DNA from: Anaerolineales bacterium
GTDB lineage: Bacteria; Chloroflexota; Anaerolineae; Anaerolineales; E44-bin32
Reading direction: 5' to 3'
Length of the DNA: 41,573 bases
Assembly: GCA_048054495.1 (NCBI GenBank)
Contig: JBGMQN010000054.1
Span: forward strand, 24,291-65,863
The notes under the pieces are model-generated. The model saw only the letters and a program-made list of their open reading frames with translations, had not been told where the DNA came from and made no database searches. Of this stretch, positions 25,696 to 35,813 are shown piece by piece (the stretch's first letter is position 1; each line of letters opens with the position of its first letter). A program made the position numbers and the translations under genes.

Positions 25696-26704
25696 TGATC
25701 GCTTGGCGAGAGGGGGGTCAGACCCCCTCTCGCCTCTCGCTCAGGCGAGGGATATATCTATCCCCCTCCGACGCCTGCGCAACAAGCTGGAGGCCTATGG
25801 GTTCCTGGCTCCGGCCGCGGGGTTGGTCCTGTTATTCTTCATCATTCCCGTCATTATTCTCTTTATCCTCAGCCTATCCAACCTAAGTTCAGCGAATATC
25901 ACCTCGCTCGAGTGGTGGCTCCCGGCGAATTGGAGCCTGGCAAACTATGCCAGGATCTTTGGCAACAGGTTCTTCACTAAAATCCTGGGGAACACAGCCT
26001 TCTATGTGGTAACCACGCTGATTCTGTTCAACTTCGGCAGCGCCCTCATAATTGCCCTGCTCACCAGTCTCATCGAGCGCCGCGCCGCTTTCGTCTTCCG
26101 CTTGCTCTGGTTATTGCCCCGCCTCACCCCTGCGGTCATCTATATTTTGATGTGGACCCGAATCGGCTCGCGGGCTCCCCACGGCATACTCAATCAACTA
26201 CTTGTGCCTCTGGGGCTGGGGCCGGGAGGGGGCGATCTGATCCAAGCTTCGCCATGGGCCTTTGTCATCCTGGCCAATGGGATGATCGGCGCCTCCTTTG
26301 GCATGGTGATCTTTAGCTCAGCTATTGAGGCCATCCCAAAGGACTACCTGAGAGCCTCCAAGGTAGACGGCGCCTCGACTCTGCAGACCATCCGCCACGT
26401 TACCTTGCCCATGATCCGGTGGCCGATATTGTTCGTAATCACTTACCAGACCCTTTCACTGCTTACCTCGTTCGAGCAGATCCTGCTCCTCACCGACGGC
26501 GGACCGGGGCTGTTCACCACCGAGGTGTGGTCGCTGCAGGCCTATCATCGGGCCTTTTCCAGCGTCTCCGGCAATAATCTGTGGGGCTACGGATCCGCCT
26601 GGGCCGTGATTCTGGTCATCATCGGCGTGGCTGCAGCCGTGATCTACATGCGAGTGTTTCGGTTCAGTGAGCTTGTGCAGGAACCCAAAATTGATGTGCT
26701 TTGA
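25688..26704 (+). CDS. Carbohydrate ABC transporter permease (MalF/UgpA type)
   Basis: Motifs FLAPA, NY..IF, GILNQLL, EAA-like loop (RASKVDGAS...RHVTLP), LLTDGGP and GYGSA. Start uncertain because of the hairpin at its 5' end. Confidence 0.9.
   Translation: MDDDRLARGGSDPLSPLAQARDISIPLRRLRNKLEAYGFLAPAAGLVLLFFIIPVIILFILSLSNLSSANITSLEWWLPANWSLANYARIFGNRFFTKILGNTAFYVVTTLILFNFGSALIIALLTSLIERRAAFVFRLLWLLPRLTPAVIYILMWTRIGSRAPHGILNQLLVPLGLGPGGGDLIQASPWAFVILANGMIGASFGMVIFSSAIEAIPKDYLRASKVDGASTLQTIRHVTLPMIRWPILFVITYQTLSLLTSFEQILLLTDGGPGLFTTEVWSLQAYHRAFSSVSGNNLWGYGSAWAVILVIIGVAAAVIYMRVFRFSELVQEPKIDVL
25705..25734 (+). other. GC-rich stem-loop after the binding-protein gene (mRNA stabiliser or attenuator)
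   Basis: GGCGAGAGGGGG-N6-CCCCCTCTCGCC, 12-bp perfect stem. Confidence 0.65.
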
Positions 26705-26725
26705 TCGACCTAGAGCGATGGAGAG

Positions 26726-27571
26726 ATGACCCTCAGGCAGAAAATAGGGGTGCTTGCGCCCTACGTGCTCTTGGTCATTTCGGTCGTGCCCATCTTTGTG
26801 GGTTTTCTCTGGTTGGTGATCAACTCGTTCGCGGTCCGCACGGAGGGGCTGGTGCCGGTAGGAGGTCTAACTCTGGAGAACTGGAGCTTTCTCCGGGAGC
26901 CTCCCTTCGGGCGCGGGTATCCGAGTATCTGGAAGGTAACCTTCAATACGTTTCTGATCGCCATGTTCATGACCTTCTTTGTGGTCCTGGTATCGTCGCT
27001 GGCTGGTTACGCTCTTTCACGCTTGAGTTTTTCCGGACGCAAACCGTTTCTCTCGCTGACACTGATTCTCCATGCCTTCCCTGGTGTAACTCTGCTGATT
27101 GGCATCTTCTTCGTGTTGCGCGCTCTCAGTCTCTACAACAACCTTCTGGGCGTGGGCCTGGTCATGATTGGCTTCGAGCTGCCATTCGGTATCTGGCTCA
27201 TGAAAGGCTTCTTCGACAATGTCTCCTGGGACATGGAACGGGCAGCCCTGATTGATGGTGCCTCCCGTCTGCGGGTCTGGTGGCAGATCATCCTGCCCAC
27301 CATTAAGCCCGGCATCGCGGCGCTTGCCATTTTTGCTTTCATCTCCGGCTGGAATGCCTGGCTCATTCCCAAGACCTTTACCATCGGCGCCGGGCAACAG
27401 GCTACACTATCGGTCTATTTGCAGAATTTTCAAGGCGACACGGTAATGGTCCAGTGGGGGGCGGTCACAGCGGTAGGGTTATTCCAGCTCATCCCGGTGG
27501 CCATATTCTTCGTCTTCACCCAGGATCTCTTACTGACCATCTACGCCGGAGGGGCGAAAGGGGGGACGTGA
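26726..27571 (+). CDS. Carbohydrate ABC transporter permease (MalG/UgpE type)
   Basis: Motifs LAGYALSR, IWLMKGFFD, ERAALIDGAS and F...WN. Confidence 0.92.
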   Translation: MTLRQKIGVLAPYVLLVISVVPIFVGFLWLVINSFAVRTEGLVPVGGLTLENWSFLREPPFGRGYPSIWKVTFNTFLIAMFMTFFVVLVSSLAGYALSRLSFSGRKPFLSLTLILHAFPGVTLLIGIFFVLRALSLYNNLLGVGLVMIGFELPFGIWLMKGFFDNVSWDMERAALIDGASRLRVWWQIILPTIKPGIAALAIFAFISGWNAWLIPKTFTIGAGQQATLSVYLQNFQGDTVMVQWGAVTAVGLFQLIPVAIFFVFTQDLLLTIYAGGAKGGT

Positions 27572-27641
27572 TTCCTATTCCGCATCGCGTGTATTGTAGA
27601 CTTTGGGCAATGCGAAATATGGTGCATCTAATGGCCGGACG

Positions 27642-28715
27642 ATGAAAGTTGAACTTATAAACCTTACCAAACATTGGGGGAAAGTCGTGGGCGCCGACAG
27701 CATCAGTCTAGAAATCGGCGACGGTGAGTTCGTGGCCTTCCTTGGACCGTCAGGCTGTGGGAAGACGACGACGCTGCTGATGGTGGCTGGCATATACAAG
27801 CCGACCGAGGGCACGATCCATTTCGACGACCAGGTTGTCAACCTCCTACCGCCCAAAGATCGCAACATTGGGATGGTTTTCCAGAGCTACGCGCTTTACC
27901 CTCACATGAACGTCTATCAGAATATCAGCTATCCGCTGAGGCTGCAGAAGAGGCCGAAGGCGGAGATGAAGGAACGGGCGCAGAAGGTGGCCGACATGAT
28001 GGGTATCGGCAACCTCATGGAGCGTAAGCCGGCCAATCTCTCCGGCGGCCAGCAGCAGCGGGTGGCGTTGGGGCGTTCCCTGATTAAGGAACCTCAATTG
28101 CTTTTGTTTGACGAGCCGCTTTCTAATTTGGACGCCCGCCTGCGCCTGTCAATGCGCGGCGAAATCAAACGTCTGCAAATGGATTTAGGGATCACCTCCA
28201 TTTACGTTACCCACGACCAGGTGGAGGCGATGACGATGGCCGACCGAATTGCGGTCATGAAGGACGGCAAGCTTCAAGCCTATGCCGTACCCAATGAAAT
28301 ATATGATCAGCCGCGAACGCGGTTTGTCGCCGGTTTTGTAGGCAATCCACCCATGAACTTCCTGGAGGTAGAGGTCACTCGCGAAGATGGTGACTATCAT
28401 GCTCGGGCCGAAGGGCTCGACCTTGTCGTGCCGACCGAACGCGGCGAGAAGGCTGCAATCAACGGCAAGGTCATTATGGGCATCCGCCCCGAGAATGTGA
28501 GCATCGCCGAGGGCGGCATCCATGGTGAAGTTTTCACGGTCGAGCCCCTGGGCCGGGATGATCTGGTGGATGCCCGCATCGGAGACTTGGCCATCCGTGC
28601 GCTGGCCGACCCGGCACACGGCACGAGAATGGGTGAACATGCCTCGTTGAAATTTGACACCGAAAAGGTGCAGTTCTTCGACCCGGAGACCGAGCGGTCG
28701 TTGCTTTGGAACTAA
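27642..28715 (+). CDS. ABC transporter ATP-binding protein (MalK/UgpC type)
   Basis: Walker A GPSGCGKTT, VFQSYALYPHM, LSGGQQQR, DEPLSNLD, VTHDQ and a TOBE domain. Start set at ATG 27642 (MKVELINL). Confidence 0.95.
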   Translation: MKVELINLTKHWGKVVGADSISLEIGDGEFVAFLGPSGCGKTTTLLMVAGIYKPTEGTIHFDDQVVNLLPPKDRNIGMVFQSYALYPHMNVYQNISYPLRLQKRPKAEMKERAQKVADMMGIGNLMERKPANLSGGQQQRVALGRSLIKEPQLLLFDEPLSNLDARLRLSMRGEIKRLQMDLGITSIYVTHDQVEAMTMADRIAVMKDGKLQAYAVPNEIYDQPRTRFVAGFVGNPPMNFLEVEVTREDGDYHARAEGLDLVVPTERGEKAAINGKVIMGIRPENVSIAEGGIHGEVFTVEPLGRDDLVDARIGDLAIRALADPAHGTRMGEHASLKFDTEKVQFFDPETERSLLWN

Positions 28716-29190
28716 TCAAACCTGTGTGAAGATCCCTCCGGCCCCGTTTACATCCTCGCATCGATTCTTGTCTCCTCATCCGGCTGTGGCAGATCCCTAT
28801 CTGGGGGCGTCCCGCGCTCGGAGGCCCTGACGAAATCGCCTTGCACGTTATCGGCCCGGAGAGGCCCGTCGGACGCAGCTTGGCCGGCCGCGCCAATCGG
28901 AAAGAATCCGTGTAAGGAACAGCTTGTTGGGGTGCTCTAGACGACTGAGAAGGTAGTACCGGCGCAGGCCAGTTGCTGGCGGAATGGGATAACCTGCCTA
29001 TGGATCGCACCACCGTCGCGTCTGCTATTTTGAATTCAGGTCCGGAGAAGTCCAAGGGCTTGACCCAATGGATAGCCTGCGATATCATCCCGCCGTTGAA
29101 AGCGAGTGCTCTCTGGAGCCCGAACGGCTTGGAGACGGAAGAGAATGTTTCTATTGTGCCCGCAAGGAACTCTTCTGAGAGCCTCCGCTC

Positions 29191-29475
29191 ATGCTCACAG
29201 CCGACGATCCACTTCTGACTTCCCCGCCGGTCGCTGAAGTTGCAAGCCCTGAACATGAGCTAGCGGTCCATTACGCACCCTTCCTCAAATTCGACCAAAG
29301 TGAACCCTTCCTTCCGCTAATAGCCGGCTACACGGTTATCCGTCAAAGCGGGCCTTCCCCCTCATTCCCAAGAACGTTAGAAGTTGGGCCTGGTGAGCAA
29401 GTGGTGGAATACGCCATTTGGTGGGACTGGGATATTCGCACGCTACGGATCCGCTCTGAGCTACTGGTTCCGTGA
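29191..29475 (+). pseudogene. Probably truncated conserved hypothetical protein (YAP..FD..EPF.P / SPSFPR / EYAIWWDWDI)
   Basis: Protein-like, motif-rich sequence ending 12 residues after WDWDI. From memory, homologues continue well past this motif (unverified). Confidence 0.5.
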
Positions 29476-29591
29476 CCCAAGCTGCTTAGGTGGATCCCGG
29501 AGCGCGTATCTTATCGGGTGGAGGGGTTACAAGATAAGGTGAGACTAGACCCGGCCCCGTCTGAGCTGCTCGAATGTGAGAAGGTGCCCTG

Positions 29592-31094
29592 ATGGCGACT
29601 TCCTGGATGCAGTCCCTCTCGACTTGTTACGGGAAAACTCAAACCGAATTCCCCGGTGAGAAGCTGCTCCTGCTCACGGATGTCGATGGGGCCATCATCG
29701 ATATGCGGTATCTGATTCTCCAGCTGCTTTGGGCCTATGACCGAGAGCATTCAACAAGCTACTTTGAAAGGCTTAGGCTCGAAGACATTGATGTGCATGA
29801 GAACGATGTAGAGCTGTTGTTGGAGGAGCAGAAGCTATCAAAGCGGGCTCGGAAGAAGATACTGGCCTGGTACCATGAGAATCGCTGGAGTCCCGAAGCC
29901 ATCCAAGGAATGCAGAGACCGTTTGAGGGTGTGTTCGAAATGGTCCGTTGGTTCCAGCTCCAGCCCAACACTTACGTTGGCTTGGTGACCGGGCGGCCAG
30001 AAGCGCTGCGCGGGGACACGCTGCGATCACTCAATAAGATCGGGAAGCCCTATCGAGTACATTTTGACGACGATCTGCTCTTTATGAACAAGGGTGAGTG
30101 GGAGGACGGAGTCCCGGAGGTCAAGGTGGCTGGCCTCAGACACTTCCAGGAGCAGGGTTATCATGTTTTTGCATTCATTGACAACGAACCAGACAATCTC
30201 AAGGCCCTGGCCAAAGCCGATCCAGACAGCGGGATGCTGCTGCTGCACGCGAGCACGATCTACCAGTCAAGGCGTGTCCCTCGAGGGACGGTTCGCGGCA
30301 AGCACTACCGCCTGGCAGAGCTGATCCCGCACGAGAACGCGCTGCCGTCGCATGTGCAGCTTGCCTGGCACGGCGTGAATGACGACCCTAATATGCGGCA
30401 GTTCCTCTCCTCGGATGTGCGCTGGGCGGAAGTCGATGTGCAGCGGGACCCGGAGGGCGTCGAGGTCATCCTGCGGCACGATTCTTTTGCCAATGCCCCA
30501 ATGCTTGCGGATGAACGATGGCCCACGCTTAAGTCGGCCCTCAAGAAGATCAAGAAACACGGTCGGGCAATCAAGTTAGATCTGAAGGCGGGTGACCTTA
30601 TCTTGGATATGGCCCTCGAGCTGGTTGAGAAGCTTAAGTTTCGTGATGAGGATCTATGGTTCAATGCCAATGTCGAGGACCTCAAAGAGCAGGGGTTCCG
30701 GCGCCTGTCGACCGCGCACCCGAAGTCGATTCTTCAGGCCCCAATCGATTTCTTACGACCGCTCATGCTGGCCACGCCAGAGCGAGCTCACGAGACTCTG
30801 GAGATGCTGGTTGGCTGGGGCATCAACCGGTTTTCTATAAGTTGGGAGAAACCCGACCTGCGGGAGCTCTTCGAGCAGATGGATCGGTGGGGCTACGATG
30901 TGAACATTTATAATGTTCCGGATTTGGAAGCCTTCCTTCAGGCGGTATTGTTATTACCCCGCTCGGTGACCTCCGACTTTAACTTTCCCCAATGGCAGTA
31001 CTACGGCCGCGGATCGGGCCAGGATCTCGATTATGTGACCTATCAGATTCGGCGCGCGAAGAAACGCATCAATCGAGTCCGGACCGACGACTAA
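29592..31094 (+). CDS. Two-domain protein: HAD-superfamily phosphatase plus PLC-like/GDPD TIM barrel resembling FAM151/DUF2181
   Basis: N-half has HAD motifs I-IV (LTDVDG, VTGR, EVK, FIDNE). C-half has AWHGVN, AEVDV, ILRHD, IKLDLK and LWFNA. Confidence 0.75.
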   Translation: MATSWMQSLSTCYGKTQTEFPGEKLLLLTDVDGAIIDMRYLILQLLWAYDREHSTSYFERLRLEDIDVHENDVELLLEEQKLSKRARKKILAWYHENRWSPEAIQGMQRPFEGVFEMVRWFQLQPNTYVGLVTGRPEALRGDTLRSLNKIGKPYRVHFDDDLLFMNKGEWEDGVPEVKVAGLRHFQEQGYHVFAFIDNEPDNLKALAKADPDSGMLLLHASTIYQSRRVPRGTVRGKHYRLAELIPHENALPSHVQLAWHGVNDDPNMRQFLSSDVRWAEVDVQRDPEGVEVILRHDSFANAPMLADERWPTLKSALKKIKKHGRAIKLDLKAGDLILDMALELVEKLKFRDEDLWFNANVEDLKEQGFRRLSTAHPKSILQAPIDFLRPLMLATPERAHETLEMLVGWGINRFSISWEKPDLRELFEQMDRWGYDVNIYNVPDLEAFLQAVLLLPRSVTSDFNFPQWQYYGRGSGQDLDYVTYQIRRAKKRINRVRTDD

Positions 31095-31206
31095 GACAGC
31101 CTTCCGTATCTGTGTCTTTCCATGGTTTCGGATCCCTGACATTCATCCAGGTGGGTGATAATAGAGAGGGCCCGCTCGAAGAGCGGCCGTTCCCGGAGGT
31201 AGTTTG

Positions 31207-32676
31207 ATGGAGAAGATACGGAACTACGTGGATGGGGTTTGGCAGACTTCCTCTGCGAAGGAGCACGTGGACGTCACAAATCCGGCCACAGGGGAAACAC
31301 TCGGCCAGGTTCCGCTTTCTACGCCCGCCGAGGTCGACCAGGCTGCGCAGGCCGCGGTAAGCGCCTTTGCGGATTGGCGTCGAACTCCAGCCGTAGATCG
31401 GGTCCAATATCTATTCAAACTCAAGTATCTGCTAGACAAGAACTTCGAGGAGCTGTCACGCACGATCACCCTTGAGAATGGCAAGACGCTCGGCGAATCC
31501 AGGGGCGAGATGCGCAGGGCGATCGAAAACGTGGAGGTGGCCTGTGGCATTCCAATCCTGATGCAGGGCTACAACTCGGAGGACATTGCGCGCGGCATCG
31601 ACGAAATCATGATCCGTCAACCCATTGGCGTGGCCGCCGCGATCTGCCCATTCAACTTCCCGGGAATGATCCCATTCTGGTTCATGCCCTACGCCCTGGC
31701 CTGTGGAAACACCTATGTCGTGAAGCCTTCTGAGAAGGTTCCGCTGACCATGGTCAAGGTCTTTGAACTCCTTGAGGAGGTGGGCTTTCCCAAGGGGGTT
31801 GTGAACATGGTCAACGGGTCCAAAGACACGGTGGAGGCGATATTAGACCATCCGACGATCCGGGCCATCAGTTTTGTGGGTTCCACACCGGTTGCCAAGC
31901 ATGTATATGCTCAGGCAGCTGCGAATGGGAAGCGAGCTCAAGTCCAAGGCGGGGCAAAAAATCCGATCATCGTGCTGGCCGACGCCGACATGGAGATGTC
32001 GACTCGAATCGTGGCCGACAGCGCCTTCGGCAATGCTGGCCAGCGCTGCCTCGCTGCATCTCTAGCTGTCACCGTGGGCCAGGCCAGCGACAGCTTCACC
32101 GAAGCCATCGCCGAGGCGGCCAGCCAGCGGGTGGTTGGCTCTGGCCTGGACGAGGGGGTCGACATGGGCCCGGTGATCACGCCGGAGAGCAAGGCGCGCA
32201 TTCAGAGCCTGATCCAGGACGGCGAATCCGAAGGTGCCAAGATCCTGGTCGACGGCCGGGATCCAAAGATCGATGGCTACGAGAACGGCAACTTCATCGG
32301 GCCCACTGTTCTGGAAGGGGTGCCCGGGGGCGGCGAGATCTTCAAGACCGAGATCTTCGGCCCTGTCCTTGGACTGATGCACGTCGATACGATCGAAGAC
32401 GCTATTGAACTGGTAAATACCGGTGATTACGGCAACATGGCCAGTTTGTTCACCAGCAGCGGCGCGGCCGCACGCAAGTTTCGGTACGAAGCCGAAGCAG
32501 GCAACATCGGGATCAACATCGGCGTGGCGGCTCCCATGGCGTTCTTCCCATTCAGTGGATGGCGAGATAGTTTCTTCGGGGTGCTCCATGGCCAAGGGCG
32601 AGACGCTGTGGAGTTCTTTACTCAGGAGAAGGTCGTCATCGAGCGCTGGCCCAAGGATTGGAGTCGCAAGTTCTAG
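31207..32676 (+). CDS. iolA: CoA-acylating (methyl)malonate-semialdehyde dehydrogenase
   Basis: Motifs [39 protein letters not shown] and [26 protein letters not shown]. Confidence 0.95.
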   Translation: MEKIRNYVDGVWQTSSAKEHVDVTNPATGETLGQVPLSTPAEVDQAAQAAVSAFADWRRTPAVDRVQYLFKLKYLLDKNFEELSRTITLENGKTLGESRGEMRRAIENVEVACGIPILMQGYNSEDIARGIDEIMIRQPIGVAAAICPFNFPGMIPFWFMPYALACGNTYVVKPSEKVPLTMVKVFELLEEVGFPKGVVNMVNGSKDTVEAILDHPTIRAISFVGSTPVAKHVYAQAAANGKRAQVQGGAKNPIIVLADADMEMSTRIVADSAFGNAGQRCLAASLAVTVGQASDSFTEAIAEAASQRVVGSGLDEGVDMGPVITPESKARIQSLIQDGESEGAKILVDGRDPKIDGYENGNFIGPTVLEGVPGGGEIFKTEIFGPVLGLMHVDTIEDAIELVNTGDYGNMASLFTSSGAAARKFRYEAEAGNIGINIGVAAPMAFFPFSGWRDSFFGVLHGQGRDAVEFFTQEKVVIERWPKDWSRKF

Positions 32677-32689
32677 TCTAGCCTTCCCG

Positions 32690-33586
32690 ATGCGAATCGC
32701 GAATGCGCCGGTTTCTTGGGGAGCCATAGAGTTTGAGAATGATCGCGGCGGGCTGGAGTATGAGAGGGTCCTAGACGAGATCCAAGAAACGGGCTATGAA
32801 GGAACCGAGTTAGGAGATTGGGGGTTTCTGCCGACCGAGCCTGAACTCCTCGCAGACGAACTTACGGCCCGGGAGCTCTCGCTGGTCGGGGCCTTCGTTC
32901 AAGCCCCGCTGTGGGATCCGGCCTCCCACGACGACGGCCTCGCGAGGGCGCTGAGAGCAGCACATTTGCTGGCTGCCGTCGAAGGGGACCAACCGCTCAT
33001 CATCCTTTCTGATGACAACGCCACGGTCGCAGTCCGAACCCAGAACGCGGGACGGATCCGCCCTGAGCACGGCCTGCAACAACACCAGTGGGATGACCTC
33101 GTTGGAGGGGCCAATCTCATCGCGCGGTCCGTGTTGGATGAAACCGGTCTGCGGACCACGTTCCACCACCATGGCGGCGGCTACGTGGAGACGCCGTCAG
33201 AAGTCGGAGAACTGCTTAGCCGTTCCGATCCGGACCTGCTGGGTTTATGCTTAGATACTGGCCACTTCATGTTCGGTGGTGGGGACCCGGCCGAGGCCAT
33301 CCGAACCTTTGGCGACCGAATCTGGCATGTTCACTTCAAGGACTTCGATCCAGCCGTAGCGGCCCGCTCCGAACAAGAAGATTGGGACTACTTAGAGACC
33401 GTCCGGAGGGGGGTTTTCAGCGAACTGGGAATGGGTGGGGTCGACTTTTCAGCAGCGTTGAATGCCTTGCGAGCTACAGGCTACGATGGCTGGATTGTGG
33501 TGGAGCAGGATCTCTTCCCGGGCACCGGCACGCCCAAAGAATCTGCTACCAGAAATCGGGACTATCTTCGCCGGCTCGGAATCTAG
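32690..33586 (+). CDS. iolE: Myo-inosose-2 dehydratase-like TIM barrel protein
   Basis: Motifs IANAPVSWG, GYEGTELG, FHHH, LDTGH, HVHFKD, ELG.G and VVEQD. Start at ATG 32690; the 32423 extension overlaps iolA. Confidence 0.85.
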   Translation: MRIANAPVSWGAIEFENDRGGLEYERVLDEIQETGYEGTELGDWGFLPTEPELLADELTARELSLVGAFVQAPLWDPASHDDGLARALRAAHLLAAVEGDQPLIILSDDNATVAVRTQNAGRIRPEHGLQQHQWDDLVGGANLIARSVLDETGLRTTFHHHGGGYVETPSEVGELLSRSDPDLLGLCLDTGHFMFGGGDPAEAIRTFGDRIWHVHFKDFDPAVAARSEQEDWDYLETVRRGVFSELGMGGVDFSAALNALRATGYDGWIVVEQDLFPGTGTPKESATRNRDYLRRLGI

Positions 33587-33633
33587 TTCATAAAAGATAG
33601 CCAGTCCACAAGCGCACATAATGGAGGAATAAC

Positions 33634-34647
33634 TTGACACTCAACATCGGTCTGATCGGGGCAGGCAGGATCGGTCGTCTCCACGCCGAGAATTTGGCGA
33701 ATCGGATCCCAAACGCTCGGTTAGCGGCCGTCGCCGACATCGATCTTGAAGCAGCAGAATCCTTGGCCGCTGATTTGAATGTAGAGACGGCGGTTGAGCA
33801 TTATGCCCAATTGCTCGAGCACGCAGATCTTCAGGCGGTCGCGATCTGCTCTGCGACCGATACACATGCGCAGATCATCACGGAGGCCGCCGTCGCGGGC
33901 AAGCACATCTTCTGCGAGAAACCGCTGGACTTCGAGCTGAGTCGTATCGATGATGCACTGGAAGCCGTCGAGGCCGCGGGAGTCAAGCTCCAAGTGGGCT
34001 TTAACCGTCGCTTCGACCCGAACTTCCGAAAAGTGCGCGAGATGGCTACCGAGGGCAAGATCGGCGAGCCCCAGATTCTCCGGATCACGAGTCGAGACCC
34101 CGAACCGCCTCCGCTAGAGTACGTCAAGGCATCAGGTGGCATCTTCCTGGACATGACCATTCACGACTTTGACATGGCGCGCTACATCACGGGAAGCGAA
34201 GTAGAGGAGATCTACGTGATCGGCGCAGTCATGATCGATCCCAAGATTGGGGAAGTCGGAGATCTGGATACCGCGATCATCACGCTGCGCTTCGAAAACG
34301 GCGTGATCGGCACGATCGACAATAGCCGCAAAGCGGTCTATGGATACGACCAGCGCGTGGAGCTCTTTGGCTCGGAGGGAATGATTTCCACAGAGAATGA
34401 AACTCCAGACCGGCACTCCTATAGCAATGCGGATGGAGTTCAAAAGCCGCTGCCGCTCTATTTCTTCCTCGAGCGCTACACCGAATCGTACTTGCGGGAG
34501 ATGCGCTCCTTTGTGGACAGCGTTCAAAACGACACTCTCCCTGAAGTGACCGGCGCGGATGGTCGCGCACCGGTCGTGATAGGCTTGGCCGCCCGAAAGT
34601 CTTATGAGGAGAATCGGCCGGTCGCCATCAAAGAAATTACGCCGTGA
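33634..34647 (+). CDS. iolG: Myo-inositol 2-dehydrogenase
   Basis: Motifs GAGRIG, CEKP, GFNRRFD, SRDP, SGGIFLDMTIHDFD and YGYDQRVE. GGAGG RBS, TTG start. Confidence 0.95.
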   Translation: MTLNIGLIGAGRIGRLHAENLANRIPNARLAAVADIDLEAAESLAADLNVETAVEHYAQLLEHADLQAVAICSATDTHAQIITEAAVAGKHIFCEKPLDFELSRIDDALEAVEAAGVKLQVGFNRRFDPNFRKVREMATEGKIGEPQILRITSRDPEPPPLEYVKASGGIFLDMTIHDFDMARYITGSEVEEIYVIGAVMIDPKIGEVGDLDTAIITLRFENGVIGTIDNSRKAVYGYDQRVELFGSEGMISTENETPDRHSYSNADGVQKPLPLYFFLERYTESYLREMRSFVDSVQNDTLPEVTGADGRAPVVIGLAARKSYEENRPVAIKEITP

Positions 34648-35813
34648 GCGAGACTGGACTGAGGCTGGGGGTCGTCGGCTGCGGCAATGTGACGGTCGAG
34701 CGACATATTCCTGCGGTCAACCGACTGGATGGCGCACGCGTCGTGGCCGTGGCCGATCCGGTTGATGCGCGAGTCGCGGCCGGGCGCGCGGTCGCCGAGC
34801 TGCCCGAATCCCAAGCCTTCAGCTCGTTTTCTGCGATGGCGGATGCCTGTGAGCTGGATTACGTGCTGGTTGCCGTCCCCCCGTCGGTACGCGGAGCTAT
34901 CGTCGAAGATGCATTTGAGCGTGGCCTCGATGTTCTCTCCGAGAAGCCATTAGCAACTAGTCCCTTAGAGGCTGCCAAAATGATCGAGCGGGCGCGAAGC
35001 CTCGGACGAAAATTTGGAGTGGTGCATAACTACCTGTTCTTTCCGGAGTATCGGCTTGTTCGGGAGCTGGTCGACCAAGGTGAAGTCGGTGCGCTGCGAC
35101 ATATCGCCACTAACTTCTTGGGTGTCCCCGACGCCCCGGGTAATGATGAATACCGACCGCGCTGGCGGCATGATCTGGACGAAGCCGGCGGCGGAGTGCT
35201 CATGGATATGATCCATGTCTTCTACCTGGCGGAGTACCTGATGGGGGACCAGATCGCCGGCGTAAGCGCGGTCGTCGACAACTTGGGGCTGCCAAACGAT
35301 CAGGTCGAGGATTTTGTGCTGGCGCACTTATACTTCCCGGAAGGCTACGTGTCGATAAATTTGAGCTGGAGCGAGGGCCCGGGGGGTTTGGAAGTTACCG
35401 GCTCAAGCGGCAGGATCCTCGCCTTCTACGAGGATTTCAAGACCGGACCCTTCTCAACTTTCGAAGACCTGACGCTGGTGAACGAGACCGGCAAAAAAGT
35501 CTACCGACCGAGGCGGGGCCAAGAAGTCATCGACGATACGTTTGATGCATTGCATCTGGATTTCTTCGAGGCGGTGAGAGACGATCGAGATCCGGTGGCC
35601 ACCGCGGAAGACGGAGCCCGCACCCTGCAAGCCGCGCTGGCTACCTACTCTTCAGGGATGTTAGGACGCCGCGTGCCGCTTCCGCTGCGGGTAGACGATC
35701 CGGTCTATCAGGAAGGCGTGGTCGGGTTGCGCCAAATTCCGCCTCATGAGTTTGACCCTCTTAGAGGGAAGCCGCTATTCGGGATGCAGCCGGTTGGAGA
35801 CACAACATTATGA
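34644..35813 (+). CDS. Gfo/Idh/MocA family NAD(P)-dependent oxidoreductase
   Basis: Motifs GVVGCG, SEKPLA, WR.D...AGGGVLMDMIH and VED. GTGA overlap with iolG. Confidence 0.9.
   Translation: MSETGLRLGVVGCGNVTVERHIPAVNRLDGARVVAVADPVDARVAAGRAVAELPESQAFSSFSAMADACELDYVLVAVPPSVRGAIVEDAFERGLDVLSEKPLATSPLEAAKMIERARSLGRKFGVVHNYLFFPEYRLVRELVDQGEVGALRHIATNFLGVPDAPGNDEYRPRWRHDLDEAGGGVLMDMIHVFYLAEYLMGDQIAGVSAVVDNLGLPNDQVEDFVLAHLYFPEGYVSINLSWSEGPGGLEVTGSSGRILAFYEDFKTGPFSTFEDLTLVNETGKKVYRPRRGQEVIDDTFDALHLDFFEAVRDDRDPVATAEDGARTLQAALATYSSGMLGRRVPLPLRVDDPVYQEGVVGLRQIPPHEFDPLRGKPLFGMQPVGDTTL

Noticed and set aside
28827-28903. Hammerhead-like CTGACGA...GAAA
   Set aside because: No plausible stem II, or flanking stems I/III, could be paired around the core.
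28534-29256. 240-aa minus-strand ORF
   Set aside because: No recognisable motifs, overlaps the ABC ATPase on the opposite strand, and has shadow-ORF composition.
32423-32689. N-terminal extension of iolE
   Set aside because: It overlaps iolA. The family N-terminus MRIANAPVSWG begins at 32690.
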